A DNA stretch of 64,000 bases from Armatimonadota bacterium (GTDB taxonomy: Bacteria > Armatimonadota > UBA5829 > DTLH01). This document shows, in pieces, positions 48,791 through 58,882 of this stretch (positions within the stretch are counted from its first letter, which is position 1; each line of letters opens with the position of its first letter). Under the pieces are notes generated by a model. That model saw nothing but the letters and a program-made list of their open reading frames with translations. It had not been told where the DNA came from and ran no database searches. Where the stretch lies: contig JBBRAE010000005.1 of the NCBI GenBank assembly GCA_038207085.1, positions 32,001 to 96,000 on the forward strand. The letters run 5' to 3'. The position numbers and the translations under genes are program-made.

Positions 48791-50752
48791 ATGGAAGACA
48801 AAGTCTTTTATATCACAACGCCGATCTACTACGTAAACGACGTTCCCCACATTGGGAACGCCTACACGACGATGATCTCGGACATCGTCGCCCGCTTCCA
48901 GAGGCTAGAGCGGCGCGAAGTGCTCTTTGTCACCGGCACCGATGAAAACGCGACCAAAGTAGCCGAAGCGGCAGCCGCTGAAGGGCTCGGCGCGCAGGAG
49001 TTCGTCGACCGGATCGCCCCCAAGTTCAAAGACGTCTGGAGCGATCTTGAGATCACCTACAGCGACTTTATCCGAACGACAGAACCCCGGCACATCGCAA
49101 TCGTCCAGGAAGCGTTCAAAAGGCTCCTTGCCACAGGCGATATATACAAAGGAACCTACGAAGGCTGGTACTGCACTCCCGACGAGACGTTTTTCCGCGA
49201 ATCAGAAGTGACCGACGGCCTCTGCCCCAATCCCGAATGCCGAAGACCCGTGCAATGGGTGACTGAAGAGAACTACTACTTCAAGCTCAGCGCCTACCAG
49301 GACAGGCTGCTCGACTGGATCGAGACCCATCCAGAGTTCCTGCAGCCGGAGTTCAGGAAAAACGAGGTCGTCAGCTTCATCAAGCAGGGCCTCCACGATG
49401 TATCGATCAGCCGCGACAACAAGGGATGGGGCATCCCCGTCCCCGGCGACGAGAGCAAGGTCATCTACGTCTGGTTCGATGCGCTCCTGAATTACCTCAC
49501 CGCCGCCGGATGGCTTTCCGACGAGGAACGCTTTGCGCGCACCTGGCCCGCCGATCTGCAGCTTATGGGCAAGGACATATTCGTCCGCTTCCACTGCACC
49601 TTCTGGCCCGCGATGCTGATGGGCCTCGGCCTGCCGCTTCCCAAAACGCTCTTTGGGCACGGTTTCTGGTCCATTGAAGGGCAGAAGATTTCAAAATCCA
49701 AGGGCAACGCTATCTCACCCGCCAAGCTCGCCTCGGACCTCTCCGAGCAGTCGGGCGCAAAGCAGCAGGTTTCGGTGGATGCTATTCGCTACTTTGTCGC
49801 GCGCGAAGTGCCGTTTGGAGTCGACGCCGACTTCTCACAGAAGTCGCTGGTCGGACGCTTCAACGCCGACCTCGCAAACGACCTCGGAAACCTCTTGAAC
49901 CGCACGCTTTCGATGCTGAACAACTACTTCGGCGGCATGGTCCCCGAGCCAAAGGATGTCGCAGGCGAGATGATGAACCTCGTGCGCACTTCAGCCGACG
50001 AGGCCGCCCAGTCGTTTGCCGCGCTTGAGTTCACCAAGGGGCTTGAAGCGATCTGGCGAGCGATCAGCGCGGGGAACCGTTACATCGACGAGCAAGCACC
50101 GTGGAAAGCCATGAAAGAAGGCCGACAGGACGACGCGGCGACGACGCTCTACACCGTCCTTGAGCTCGCGCGCGCGGTGGCGGTTATGGTATCGCCGGTT
50201 ATGCCCTCGGCCTCCCGAGAGATTTGGGCGCAGCTTGGAAACCCGAGCGACTTCGACGCGCTCACATGGGAGGACGCGACCCAGTGGGGACTCCTTCCCC
50301 CGGGCACAAAAACCACCGGCCCGCAGCCGATTTTTCCTAGAATTGACGACAAACAGAGACAGAAAGAGGCAAAGAAAGTGGAACAGCCAGCACAGCCGCA
50401 GGCAGTCGAAGAGACGACGCCTGTCACACCAAAGATCAGCTACGACGACTTCGCGAAGCTTGAGATCATAGTCGCCGAGATAAAGACCGCGGAGCGCGTC
50501 GAGGGAGCTGACAAGCTCCTGCGCCTTATGGTCGACGACGGCCAGGGCGAACGCCAGGTGGTCGCGGGAATCGCGCTTTGGTATGAGCCGGAGACGCTTG
50601 TCGGCAAAAAAGTCGCGCTGCTTGCGAACCTGAAACCCGCCAAGATCCGCGGGGTGGAGTCAAACGGCATGCTGCTCGCGGCCGACATCGAGGGCCGCGC
50701 GGTTCTTCTTTCCCCCGAGGCGGACGTTCCCGCCGGATCAAAAGTGAGGTAA
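48791..50752 (+). CDS. metG: Methionyl-tRNA synthetase with C-terminal tRNA-binding domain
   Basis: TTPIYYVN..PHIGNAY, GTDE, YVWFDAL, KISKSKGN and GVESNGMLL motifs. Confidence 0.97.
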   Translation: MEDKVFYITTPIYYVNDVPHIGNAYTTMISDIVARFQRLERREVLFVTGTDENATKVAEAAAAEGLGAQEFVDRIAPKFKDVWSDLEITYSDFIRTTEPRHIAIVQEAFKRLLATGDIYKGTYEGWYCTPDETFFRESEVTDGLCPNPECRRPVQWVTEENYYFKLSAYQDRLLDWIETHPEFLQPEFRKNEVVSFIKQGLHDVSISRDNKGWGIPVPGDESKVIYVWFDALLNYLTAAGWLSDEERFARTWPADLQLMGKDIFVRFHCTFWPAMLMGLGLPLPKTLFGHGFWSIEGQKISKSKGNAISPAKLASDLSEQSGAKQQVSVDAIRYFVAREVPFGVDADFSQKSLVGRFNADLANDLGNLLNRTLSMLNNYFGGMVPEPKDVAGEMMNLVRTSADEAAQSFAALEFTKGLEAIWRAISAGNRYIDEQAPWKAMKEGRQDDAATTLYTVLELARAVAVMVSPVMPSASREIWAQLGNPSDFDALTWEDATQWGLLPPGTKTTGPQPIFPRIDDKQRQKEAKKVEQPAQPQAVEETTPVTPKISYDDFAKLEIIVAEIKTAERVEGADKLLRLMVDDGQGERQVVAGIALWYEPETLVGKKVALLANLKPAKIRGVESNGMLLAADIEGRAVLLSPEADVPAGSKVR

Positions 50753-50753
50753 C

Positions 50754-52187
<1,434 letters not shown>

Positions 52188-52218
52188 GGGCTGTTAGCTA
52201 ATAGCTGTTAGCTTTCTT

Positions 52219-52254
52219 ATGATCGTGCCTGATACACTGATCAGGCACGATCAT
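52219..52254. terminator. Hairpin after the malic enzyme gene
   Basis: ATGATCGTGCCTGAT-acactg-ATCAGGCACGATCAT, a 15-bp perfect stem. Confidence 0.6.
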
Positions 52255-52411
52255 TCCCCCCAACCCCACAGACACGCAACTCTTACAGGCTCCGTCAACA
52301 TTTCGCCCACCATAATATTAGTTGCACGACTGCATGGCGCACACTTTTGAATATTAGGTGAAGTTGCGCATCCGCTTGACCCGGTAATATCACCAGTTTC
52401 ATTCATCAGAC

Positions 52412-52440
52412 TTGACAGTCGGCCGTAATGATGGCATAAT
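52412..52440 (+). promoter_or_regulatory. Strong sigma70 promoter with extended -10
   Basis: TTGACA-17 nt-CATAAT, with TGn immediately before the -10. Confidence 0.75.
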
Positions 52441-52446
52441 AGTGTC

Positions 52447-52606
52447 AGTTAGTAAGCGCCGAGGCATGCAGCGGCGTTACATACGGTTTGGAAGGAGACT
52501 CTTTTGAAAGAAAGAGTTACCTAAGACCGGCATCAAAAGCCGGCCACCAATGATTCAGACGATCACAAAGCAAAACGCCTCCGAGGATATCCTCGGAGGC
52601 GTTTTG
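52447..52606 (+). ncRNA. Candidate structured small RNA (about 160 nt)
   Basis: Lies between a consensus promoter and a terminator; several hairpins, one GAAA-capped; only very short ORFs noticed. Confidence 0.5.
52571..52606. terminator. Bidirectional terminator
   Basis: Perfect 36-bp palindrome CAAAACGCCTCCGAGGAT|ATCCTCGGAGGCGTTTTG, just past the htrA stop. Confidence 0.8.
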
Positions 52607-52634
52607 TGCAGTAGGAGGCTCTTGAGTATGTATG

Positions 52635-54080
52635 TCAGTCCAGAGTAAGCTCCGCAATGGTCGTCGACTTGCCACGCTGCAGTAGAACAAGCGCGGTATC
52701 GCCTGATTTCAGCTCAGCGACCGCCTTGTTGAACTGCGCCACGGTCTTGGTGGGCTGGCGGTTGATCTTAAGTATGATGTCACCGGGACGAATCGTCGGG
52801 TTGGACCGCCCCGCCGCGCTGTCGTTCTCCACGCTCCTCACGACCACACCCGGCGTATCCTCGTCGATCCCCAGCCTCTCAGCCATCTGAGCGCTGAGCG
52901 CATCAACGGTAAGCCCAACCTTGGTCTTACCGACCGCGCCGACTCTCTCACCCGCACCCGGAGTCTCGCCGATTGTCACCTGGACAGTCTCAGGCTTGCC
53001 GTCGCGGAATATAGTCATCGCCACTTTGGTTCCAGGCTTGGTCGAAGCGACCGTCCTTCTAAGCTCAAGCGCGGAGCCGATCTTGGCCACGCCGATCTGG
53101 GTGACGACGTCCATCGGCTTGATTCCGGCGACCTGAGCGGGTGTGTCTTTGGCGACCGAGTCGACCAGCGCGCCCTTATCAACACCGAGCGCTTTTGCCT
53201 TGGCGGGGCTGATATCCAGAGGCACAAGCCCCAGATACCCGCGCACCACCTTGCCCGAAGTAATCAACTGGTTCATAACAAATTTGGCGCTGTTGACGGG
53301 CACCGAAAAACCGATCCCCGCGTTTGCGCCAGATGGCGACTCGATAAGCGTGTTGATGCCGATCACCTCGCCGTTGATATTGACAAGCGGCCCGCCGGAG
53401 TTGCCGGGGTTGATCGAGGCGTCGGTCTGAATAAGATCCGGGTAGTAGCGCCCCTTGTTCGCCGAAGAGGGATCAGGAATCGTCGCCTCGCGGGTAAGCG
53501 CCGATACGACTCCCACGGTCACGGTGTTTGTCAGCCCAAAGGGACTGCCGACAGCCATCGCCCACTGTCCGACCTTGACCGTATCCGAATCGCCGAGCTT
53601 TGCAGTCGGGAGACCCTTGGCCTCGACCTTGACGATCGCGATGTCGCTTGTCGGGTCTTCCATCACCTTGCCAGTAAACTCGCGCCCGTCGTTTAGTTTC
53701 ACGGTCACGCGGTCGGCCCCGGCAACCACGTGCTGGTTGGTCATGATATAGCCGTCGGGCCGGACTATGACGCCCGAACCTGTTGACACCGACCTCGGCT
53801 GATCTCCATCGCCCTGGTCGGGGCCGTCTGGGAACGGAAAGCCCGGGAATAACTCCCGCATGTTGGGCATGTTCGGTCGGCCTTCGGCTTTGTGTTCTGC
53901 CGCGATAAAGACGACCGCCGGTTTCACTTCGTCCGCGGTTGATGTGAAGGCGTTCTGGAGGGAAAGCGCCGCGCTGCGATCCGCCTTGGTCGCGGCAGTG
54001 ATATCCGCGGCGTAAGCCGTGTGCCAGAACAGGCTGACCATGCACGCATAAGCGAACGCACTCCGCTTTGAGTAGGTCAT
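52635..54080 (-). CDS. htrA: Do/HtrA-family serine protease with two PDZ domains
   Basis: TNQHVV, DIA and QTDASINPGNSGGPL; signal peptide; GAAGGAG ribosome-binding site. Confidence 0.93.
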   Translation of the reverse strand: MTYSKRSAFAYACMVSLFWHTAYAADITAATKADRSAALSLQNAFTSTADEVKPAVVFIAAEHKAEGRPNMPNMRELFPGFPFPDGPDQGDGDQPRSVSTGSGVIVRPDGYIMTNQHVVAGADRVTVKLNDGREFTGKVMEDPTSDIAIVKVEAKGLPTAKLGDSDTVKVGQWAMAVGSPFGLTNTVTVGVVSALTREATIPDPSSANKGRYYPDLIQTDASINPGNSGGPLVNINGEVIGINTLIESPSGANAGIGFSVPVNSAKFVMNQLITSGKVVRGYLGLVPLDISPAKAKALGVDKGALVDSVAKDTPAQVAGIKPMDVVTQIGVAKIGSALELRRTVASTKPGTKVAMTIFRDGKPETVQVTIGETPGAGERVGAVGKTKVGLTVDALSAQMAERLGIDEDTPGVVVRSVENDSAAGRSNPTIRPGDIILKINRQPTKTVAQFNKAVAELKSGDTALVLLQRGKSTTIAELTLD

Positions 54081-54203
54081 TGGTTGATCACTCCTTCTGG
54101 TTAAGTTTATAGCGTTTGGGTTGCCGCATACGGGCAGCTCCACACCTGTAAAGGACGCATCGCTGCCCCGGCTATTGCAGAGGAAAGAAATTTCTTAAGC
54201 GTG

Positions 54204-54749
54204 CTACGGGCCACTGTAGCTGGTGAGGGTCATCATTCGCCCGCTGGTATCCTCTCCGGAGTCGGTTGGAAGGTAGGACCTTCGCTTGTCGCTCTCGGGG
54301 GCCGAGTAGGAAACCGTTGGGAAGTTGAGCGACGCCTCCTCAAGCCCGATTGAGCTTGCAAACGCGCTGTGACCCGGCAGTTGGGCGTAAGTCTGTGGGG
54401 TTTGTCCGGGCTGGGCGACAAGGAACATCACAACGGCTCCGAGCCCGAGACATCCGGCGGCGACCGGGGTCAGTCGCCCCTTACCGAAAGACATAAGCCC
54501 GTTAAAGATCTTCTGGTACGCCGGGACTTGGACACAGTAGAGGCTGGCGCAGAGAGCCTCGGCAAAGCCCGGCCTTGGTTGAGCGTACGGCAGACAGGAG
54601 AGCAGATATTTTCCCTGGAGCAGCTCATCGTGCTGTTCACTGCAGCTCTCGCACTCGTCAAGATGCCTTCTGATCTCAAGCATCTCGACCCCTGTAAGCT
54701 CACCGTCCATATAGGCTGATAGTAAATTAGAAACTCGACGGCAATTCAT
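54204..54749 (-). CDS. Zinc-binding anti-sigma factor (ZAS/zf-HC2) with TM helix
   Basis: LLSAYMDGEL...HLDECESC (HxxxCxxC); follows the ECF sigma gene. Confidence 0.88.
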   Translation of the reverse strand: MNCRRVSNLLSAYMDGELTGVEMLEIRRHLDECESCSEQHDELLQGKYLLSCLPYAQPRPGFAEALCASLYCVQVPAYQKIFNGLMSFGKGRLTPVAAGCLGLGAVVMFLVAQPGQTPQTYAQLPGHSAFASSIGLEEASLNFPTVSYSAPESDKRRSYLPTDSGEDTSGRMMTLTSYSGP

Positions 54750-54766
54750 AAGAAGCACCTACCTCA

Positions 54767-55345
54767 TCATTCCTTGTGCGCTGTAAAGTCTTTCAGCCTT
54801 TCCCTTAGGAGTTTGCGTCCGCGATGGAGTCTTGACCTCACCGTTCCGATGGAACAGCTCATCGCCTCAGCAATCTCTTCGTAGGACAACCCTTCGATAT
54901 CGGCATAAATGACCGCCAGCCTGAAGTCCTCCGGTATTGAGTCCAGAGCACGCTGGATACGGGCGTCCATCTCGTGGGAGAGCACGGTTTCTTCGGGACC
55001 TGCTGAAGTGTCCGGCACATCGAGCTTGGTCTCTCCGTCTTCTGTCGAGATGGGCTGGTCGAGCGACCTGATCTGCGCCTTAGGCCGCCTCCTCAGCGTG
55101 TCCACAAATACATTGGACATGATTTTATACAGCCAGCTATCGAAAGGAAGTTCCCTTTTATACTGACCAAAAAATCTAAATGCACGAATAAACGCTTCTT
55201 GTGTGAGGTCTTCAGCATCCGCCGGGTTCCCGGTCATGCGATAGGCGATATTATACGCCTGCTTATGGTACCTCTGCACAAGCCCGTCAAATACGTGCCT
55301 GTCCTCTTTTTCCGCCACACTGGTCGCTGTTTTAATAAGTTCCAC
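54767..55345 (-). CDS. ECF RNA polymerase sigma factor (SigE/SigW-like)
   Basis: DAEDLTQEAF, WLYKI and GLSYEEIAE..GTVRSRLHRGR motifs. Confidence 0.93.
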   Translation of the reverse strand: MELIKTATSVAEKEDRHVFDGLVQRYHKQAYNIAYRMTGNPADAEDLTQEAFIRAFRFFGQYKRELPFDSWLYKIMSNVFVDTLRRRPKAQIRSLDQPISTEDGETKLDVPDTSAGPEETVLSHEMDARIQRALDSIPEDFRLAVIYADIEGLSYEEIAEAMSCSIGTVRSRLHRGRKLLRERLKDFTAHKE

Positions 55346-55371
55346 TATTGTGGTCCTCCGCTTACTTTCTA

Positions 55372-55399
55372 CTACGATTGACCGCTTGGGAATAGTTCC
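55372..55399 (-). promoter_or_regulatory. Putative autoregulatory ECF promoter
   Basis: Minus strand GGAACT-17 nt-CGTAG just upstream of the sigma gene. Confidence 0.55.
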
Positions 55400-55689
55400 C
55401 CGAGTTTCTACGTATAGTATACATTAATTATTTTTCAATATCAAGTCACCACCTCGACTTTATAACTCACTGCGTGTGACAATCACCGCCCAAGTTCGCA
55501 GCAGAATCATATATTGACGAGGCAAGCAGGGGGAATATAATGCGTGTAGGGGAGCCTGGCTGGCAGGCTGGATATAAGCTTAGAAAAGGTGTCTGTCCCC
55601 TTTTGCTCAGGTGACACGATCTGGCCACTAAATCGCGTTACATGCTTCCACCGGGCAGGAATATGAGATATTACTGTACCAGGGACAGA

Positions 55690-55896
55690 CGGTACAATCT
55701 CCCAATGTTGATCAATCCAAACCACATCACCCTGAGGCTCTCGAAGGGTGCGCTCCACAAATCAAAAGGCGTACTACAACAAATGGAAGCTACACTAACC
55801 CGCATTATTCACGATTCTAGTGAATAATGCTCTGTTAGCGAGAGCTTTATTCGCTTTACGAATAAAGCGGGCTAAACCCCCAAGCCTCGCCAATCC
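55690..55896 (+). repeat. Repeat family C copy interrupted by the MITE
   Basis: Matches 18256-18385 on both sides of 55795-55874. Confidence 0.75.
55795..55874 (-). mobile_element. 80-bp MITE-like element with TA ends (inverted copy)
   Basis: Reverse complement is near-identical to 30091-30170; TA at 55796 and 55873. Confidence 0.78.
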
Positions 55897-56015
55897 ATTC
55901 TTTTGAGTAAAGAACAAAGAGGATAATACCGATCAAAGTAAAAGAGTAAGAGGGAACGCACGCAGCGCAAAACTGGGTATTGTTGTGTAGAATAACTCTT
56001 AAACGGGAGAACATC

Positions 56016-56777
56016 GTGAGATACGGCGAATCGGCTACTGACAAGGCACTATACTGGCTCATACGGGACAGCATCCCCGTTACCAAGGCGTTGATCATCA
56101 TCAACGCGCTTTTCATGCTCGTGCTCGCCTTGTTCAAGACAAGCCCGATCCTGCCGCTTCTTGCGTTTGACCCGCTGACAGTCTTCAGGCTCCCCTGGAC
56201 CATTTTCACATACCCCCTGCTCGGCGTAGGGGGAGTGCTTTCGATGGTGTTTGCGGGATACTGGCTCTGGATCGCCGGAGGCAGCATCGAGCGCGCCTGG
56301 GGAAGCACGCGCTTTGCGTTCTATTTCTTTGCGATGTCCGCCCTTACCGCCGTAGGCCTCTTTATCGGAAGCGTCCTAACCGGGACACCTGCGGGCGCGG
56401 CGGGGCTTTGGCTGCCGCTTGCGGGAGTGACCGTCGCATTCGGGATGATGAACCCCGAGCAGGTCATACTCTTCATGTTCTTCATCCCGCTCAAGCTGAA
56501 GTACCTCGCGCTGATCGACGTCGCCATCGTCTTCTTCTCGTATTTGGGTCTCGGTTTCCCTGCCGGGATCATCATGGGGCTCTGTGCGCTTCTGGGATGC
56601 GCCTTCAGCTTCTGGTACGTCACCCGCGGCACAAGCCTATTCTTCTACCGACCGGCCCAAAGGCCGCAAAGAGGCGAAGTGATACGGCTACACCCGAGAC
56701 GAAAACAACTGAATCCGCTGGGATGGTTCAAGAACAAGCGCGAAGAAAAGAAACTGCGGAACTTTCTCGACAAGTAG
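56016..56777 (+). CDS. Rhomboid-superfamily membrane protein, probably lacking the catalytic serine
   Basis: PVTKALI, PWTIFTYP, G.SIERAWGS..F and FFIPLKLKYL; no GxSG motif. Confidence 0.75.
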   Translation: MRYGESATDKALYWLIRDSIPVTKALIIINALFMLVLALFKTSPILPLLAFDPLTVFRLPWTIFTYPLLGVGGVLSMVFAGYWLWIAGGSIERAWGSTRFAFYFFAMSALTAVGLFIGSVLTGTPAGAAGLWLPLAGVTVAFGMMNPEQVILFMFFIPLKLKYLALIDVAIVFFSYLGLGFPAGIIMGLCALLGCAFSFWYVTRGTSLFFYRPAQRPQRGEVIRLHPRRKQLNPLGWFKNKREEKKLRNFLDK

Positions 56778-56788
56778 ACCTTACTAGA

Positions 56789-57400
56789 CTAGGCCGACGA
56801 ACCGCGGGGCTTGGACCAAAACCGGCTCGCCGCGTACCCCGACAGCCCACCGATAACCGCGCCGCCCAGCACATCCAGCGGGAAATGCACTCCGACATAC
56901 ATCCGCTCGTAGGCGACGAACACGGTGTAGAAACACAGCGCCACAAACACCCATCTTGGACGAAATCGCATCAGGGCGAAAGTGATTGCCGCACATAGGG
57001 CAACATCGCCTGAAGGAAACGACCCCTTCATCCTATTCACCAACAGATGAACGTCAGGCAAAGACGCCCCCGGCCTGGGAGTCGCAAGCGTCTGTTTGAA
57101 CACATGCACAAAAACGGTCTCGATCAGAACAGCGATCACCGCGACCTGCAGAGCCCGGCGGTTCCCCTTCACGTTGAGAAAAACGACCGCAAGCAGTGGG
57201 ATCACCCAGTAGAACGGCGCAAACGCTGTAAGAACCGAGTCAAACCAGGGGGCATGGTGGTCGTTGACGAGCCTGAAAAGCTCGACGTTTAGAGGAAACG
57301 TCTCAAACGTGCGGGGATACTGCGACGCGCACTGTCCGGCAATCGACGCAATACTCAGAAGAATAATGCACGGCAGGAGCCGATTGAGAGTAGACTTCAT
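56789..57400 (-). CDS. PAP2-family phosphatase
   Basis: KQTLATPRP, SFPSGD and ERMYVGVHFPLD motifs. Confidence 0.88.
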   Translation of the reverse strand: MKSTLNRLLPCIILLSIASIAGQCASQYPRTFETFPLNVELFRLVNDHHAPWFDSVLTAFAPFYWVIPLLAVVFLNVKGNRRALQVAVIAVLIETVFVHVFKQTLATPRPGASLPDVHLLVNRMKGSFPSGDVALCAAITFALMRFRPRWVFVALCFYTVFVAYERMYVGVHFPLDVLGGAVIGGLSGYAASRFWSKPRGSSA

Positions 57401-57446
57401 ATTTGTAGCAAGGGGCCGACACCGGGCCGACCCCAACACTTTCGCT

Positions 57447-58670
57447 TTAGGGCTTTTCGAGCTCGAACGCCTTGTGCAGCGCGCGAACGGCCTGCTTCAC
57501 CTTGTCTTTTTCGATAAGGCAGGTGATGCGTATCTCGCTTGTGGAGATACCAACGATGTTGATCTCTTCGCTTGAGAGCGCGCCGAACATCTTGGCGGCG
57601 TAGCCGGGATGGCTCCTGATTCCACTTCCGATGATCGAGACCTTGGCCATATTCATATCAGCCGCAACGTCTCTTGCGCCGATCTCTTTTACGAGCGGCT
57701 CAAGGACGATCTTGGCCTTGTCGAGGTCGGCGGTCGTCACGGTGAACGACAGGTCGGTCAGGCCTTCCTGCGAAACGTTCTGGACGATCACGTCGACGTT
57801 GACGCCCGAGTCTGAGAGCGTCTGGAACAATTTGTATGCGATGCCGGGCTTGTCGGGCACAGCGAGAATAGTCAACCTGGCGACGTCATCATCGTGCGCG
57901 ATTCCGCGGACGGGATTACGTACCTCCATGCTGGGGTCCTCCTTTTTGATCAACGTGCCCGGGACCTCCCTGGCACTGTTTGCAACCAGAATCTCAACGT
58001 TATAAAGTTCACCAAGTTCCACCGCGCGCGAGTGCATAACGCGCGCTCCCTGGCCCGCCATCTCAAGCATCTCTTCATAGGAGATGGTGTCGAGTTTTTG
58101 GGCGTCGGTCGCGATGCGCGGGTCTGTGGTGTAGACTCCGTCGACATCGGTGTAGATCTCGCAGGTGTCGGCCTTGATAGCCGCCGCAAGGGCGACCGCG
58201 GTGGTGTCTGAGCCTCCGCGCCCGAGGGTCGTTATATCGGCCCAGCTTGCGTTGTCTGTGATCCCCTGGAACCCAGCGACGACGATAATCTTGCCGCTGT
58301 TCAGCTCTTCTTTGATCCTTCGGGGGTCGATCCTGGTGATCCTTGCTCTGCTCGGGACTTTTTCGGTGATGATACCGGCCTGTCCGCCCGTAAGCGAGAC
58401 GGCATCTTTGCCGAGGCCGTGGAGCGCCATAGTCAAGAGGGCGCTTGAGGCCTGTTCACCAGTCGCGAGCAGCTTGTCGAGCTCGCGGCCTTCAGGGACC
58501 TTGACAAGCTCTTTTGCAAGCGAGATGAGTTCGTCGGTTGTGTCTCCCATAGCGGAGACGACGACAACGACCTGTGCGTTTTCAGCAGCTTTTGCAACCC
58601 TCGAAGCTATATTTTTTATCTTCTCAGCGTTAGCAACCGAGCTGCCACCATATTTTTGGACAATTATCAC
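57447..58670 (-). CDS. lysC: Aspartate kinase
   Basis: [36 protein letters not shown]; two ACT domains. Confidence 0.95.
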   Translation of the reverse strand: MIIVQKYGGSSVANAEKIKNIASRVAKAAENAQVVVVVSAMGDTTDELISLAKELVKVPEGRELDKLLATGEQASSALLTMALHGLGKDAVSLTGGQAGIITEKVPSRARITRIDPRRIKEELNSGKIIVVAGFQGITDNASWADITTLGRGGSDTTAVALAAAIKADTCEIYTDVDGVYTTDPRIATDAQKLDTISYEEMLEMAGQGARVMHSRAVELGELYNVEILVANSAREVPGTLIKKEDPSMEVRNPVRGIAHDDDVARLTILAVPDKPGIAYKLFQTLSDSGVNVDVIVQNVSQEGLTDLSFTVTTADLDKAKIVLEPLVKEIGARDVAADMNMAKVSIIGSGIRSHPGYAAKMFGALSSEEINIVGISTSEIRITCLIEKDKVKQAVRALHKAFELEKP

Positions 58671-58695
58671 GAAAGTTCGCCTTCCTTAATTCAGT

Positions 58696-58747
58696 CCGGT
58701 GGCGCATAGCGCCAGCCTTTAAGAGACGGCGCAGATAGCGCCGTCGA
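58696..58747. repeat. 52-bp double-hairpin repeat, copy 2
   Basis: Identical to 19200-19251 except that the loop TATCT is replaced by its reverse complement AGATA. Confidence 0.9.
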
Positions 58748-58882
58748 TAAGGATTGAGCGGCTGCCCGCCGCCCGCAGGGCGTTCTAAGAATAACACATC
58801 CTCCAGCCAGATGTAAAGAAACACGCTCATTTTCAGGCCCGTGACGGTAATCTCACCTGTGTAAAGCAGGCACAGTAGTTCA

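Noticed and set aside
52480..52545. c-di-GMP-I riboswitch (GAAA tetraloop plus CCTAAG)
   Set aside because: Lacks the GGCAAAC...GACGCAAAGC core, and there is no downstream co-oriented gene.
55582..55604. AAAAGGTGTCTGTCCCCTTTT hairpin
   Set aside because: Resembles a REP-like motif but is single-copy here, so I cannot support it as a repeat.
58671..58882. Lysine riboswitch upstream of lysC
   Set aside because: No recognisable L-box core; the hairpins belong to the 52-bp repeat also found near sepF.
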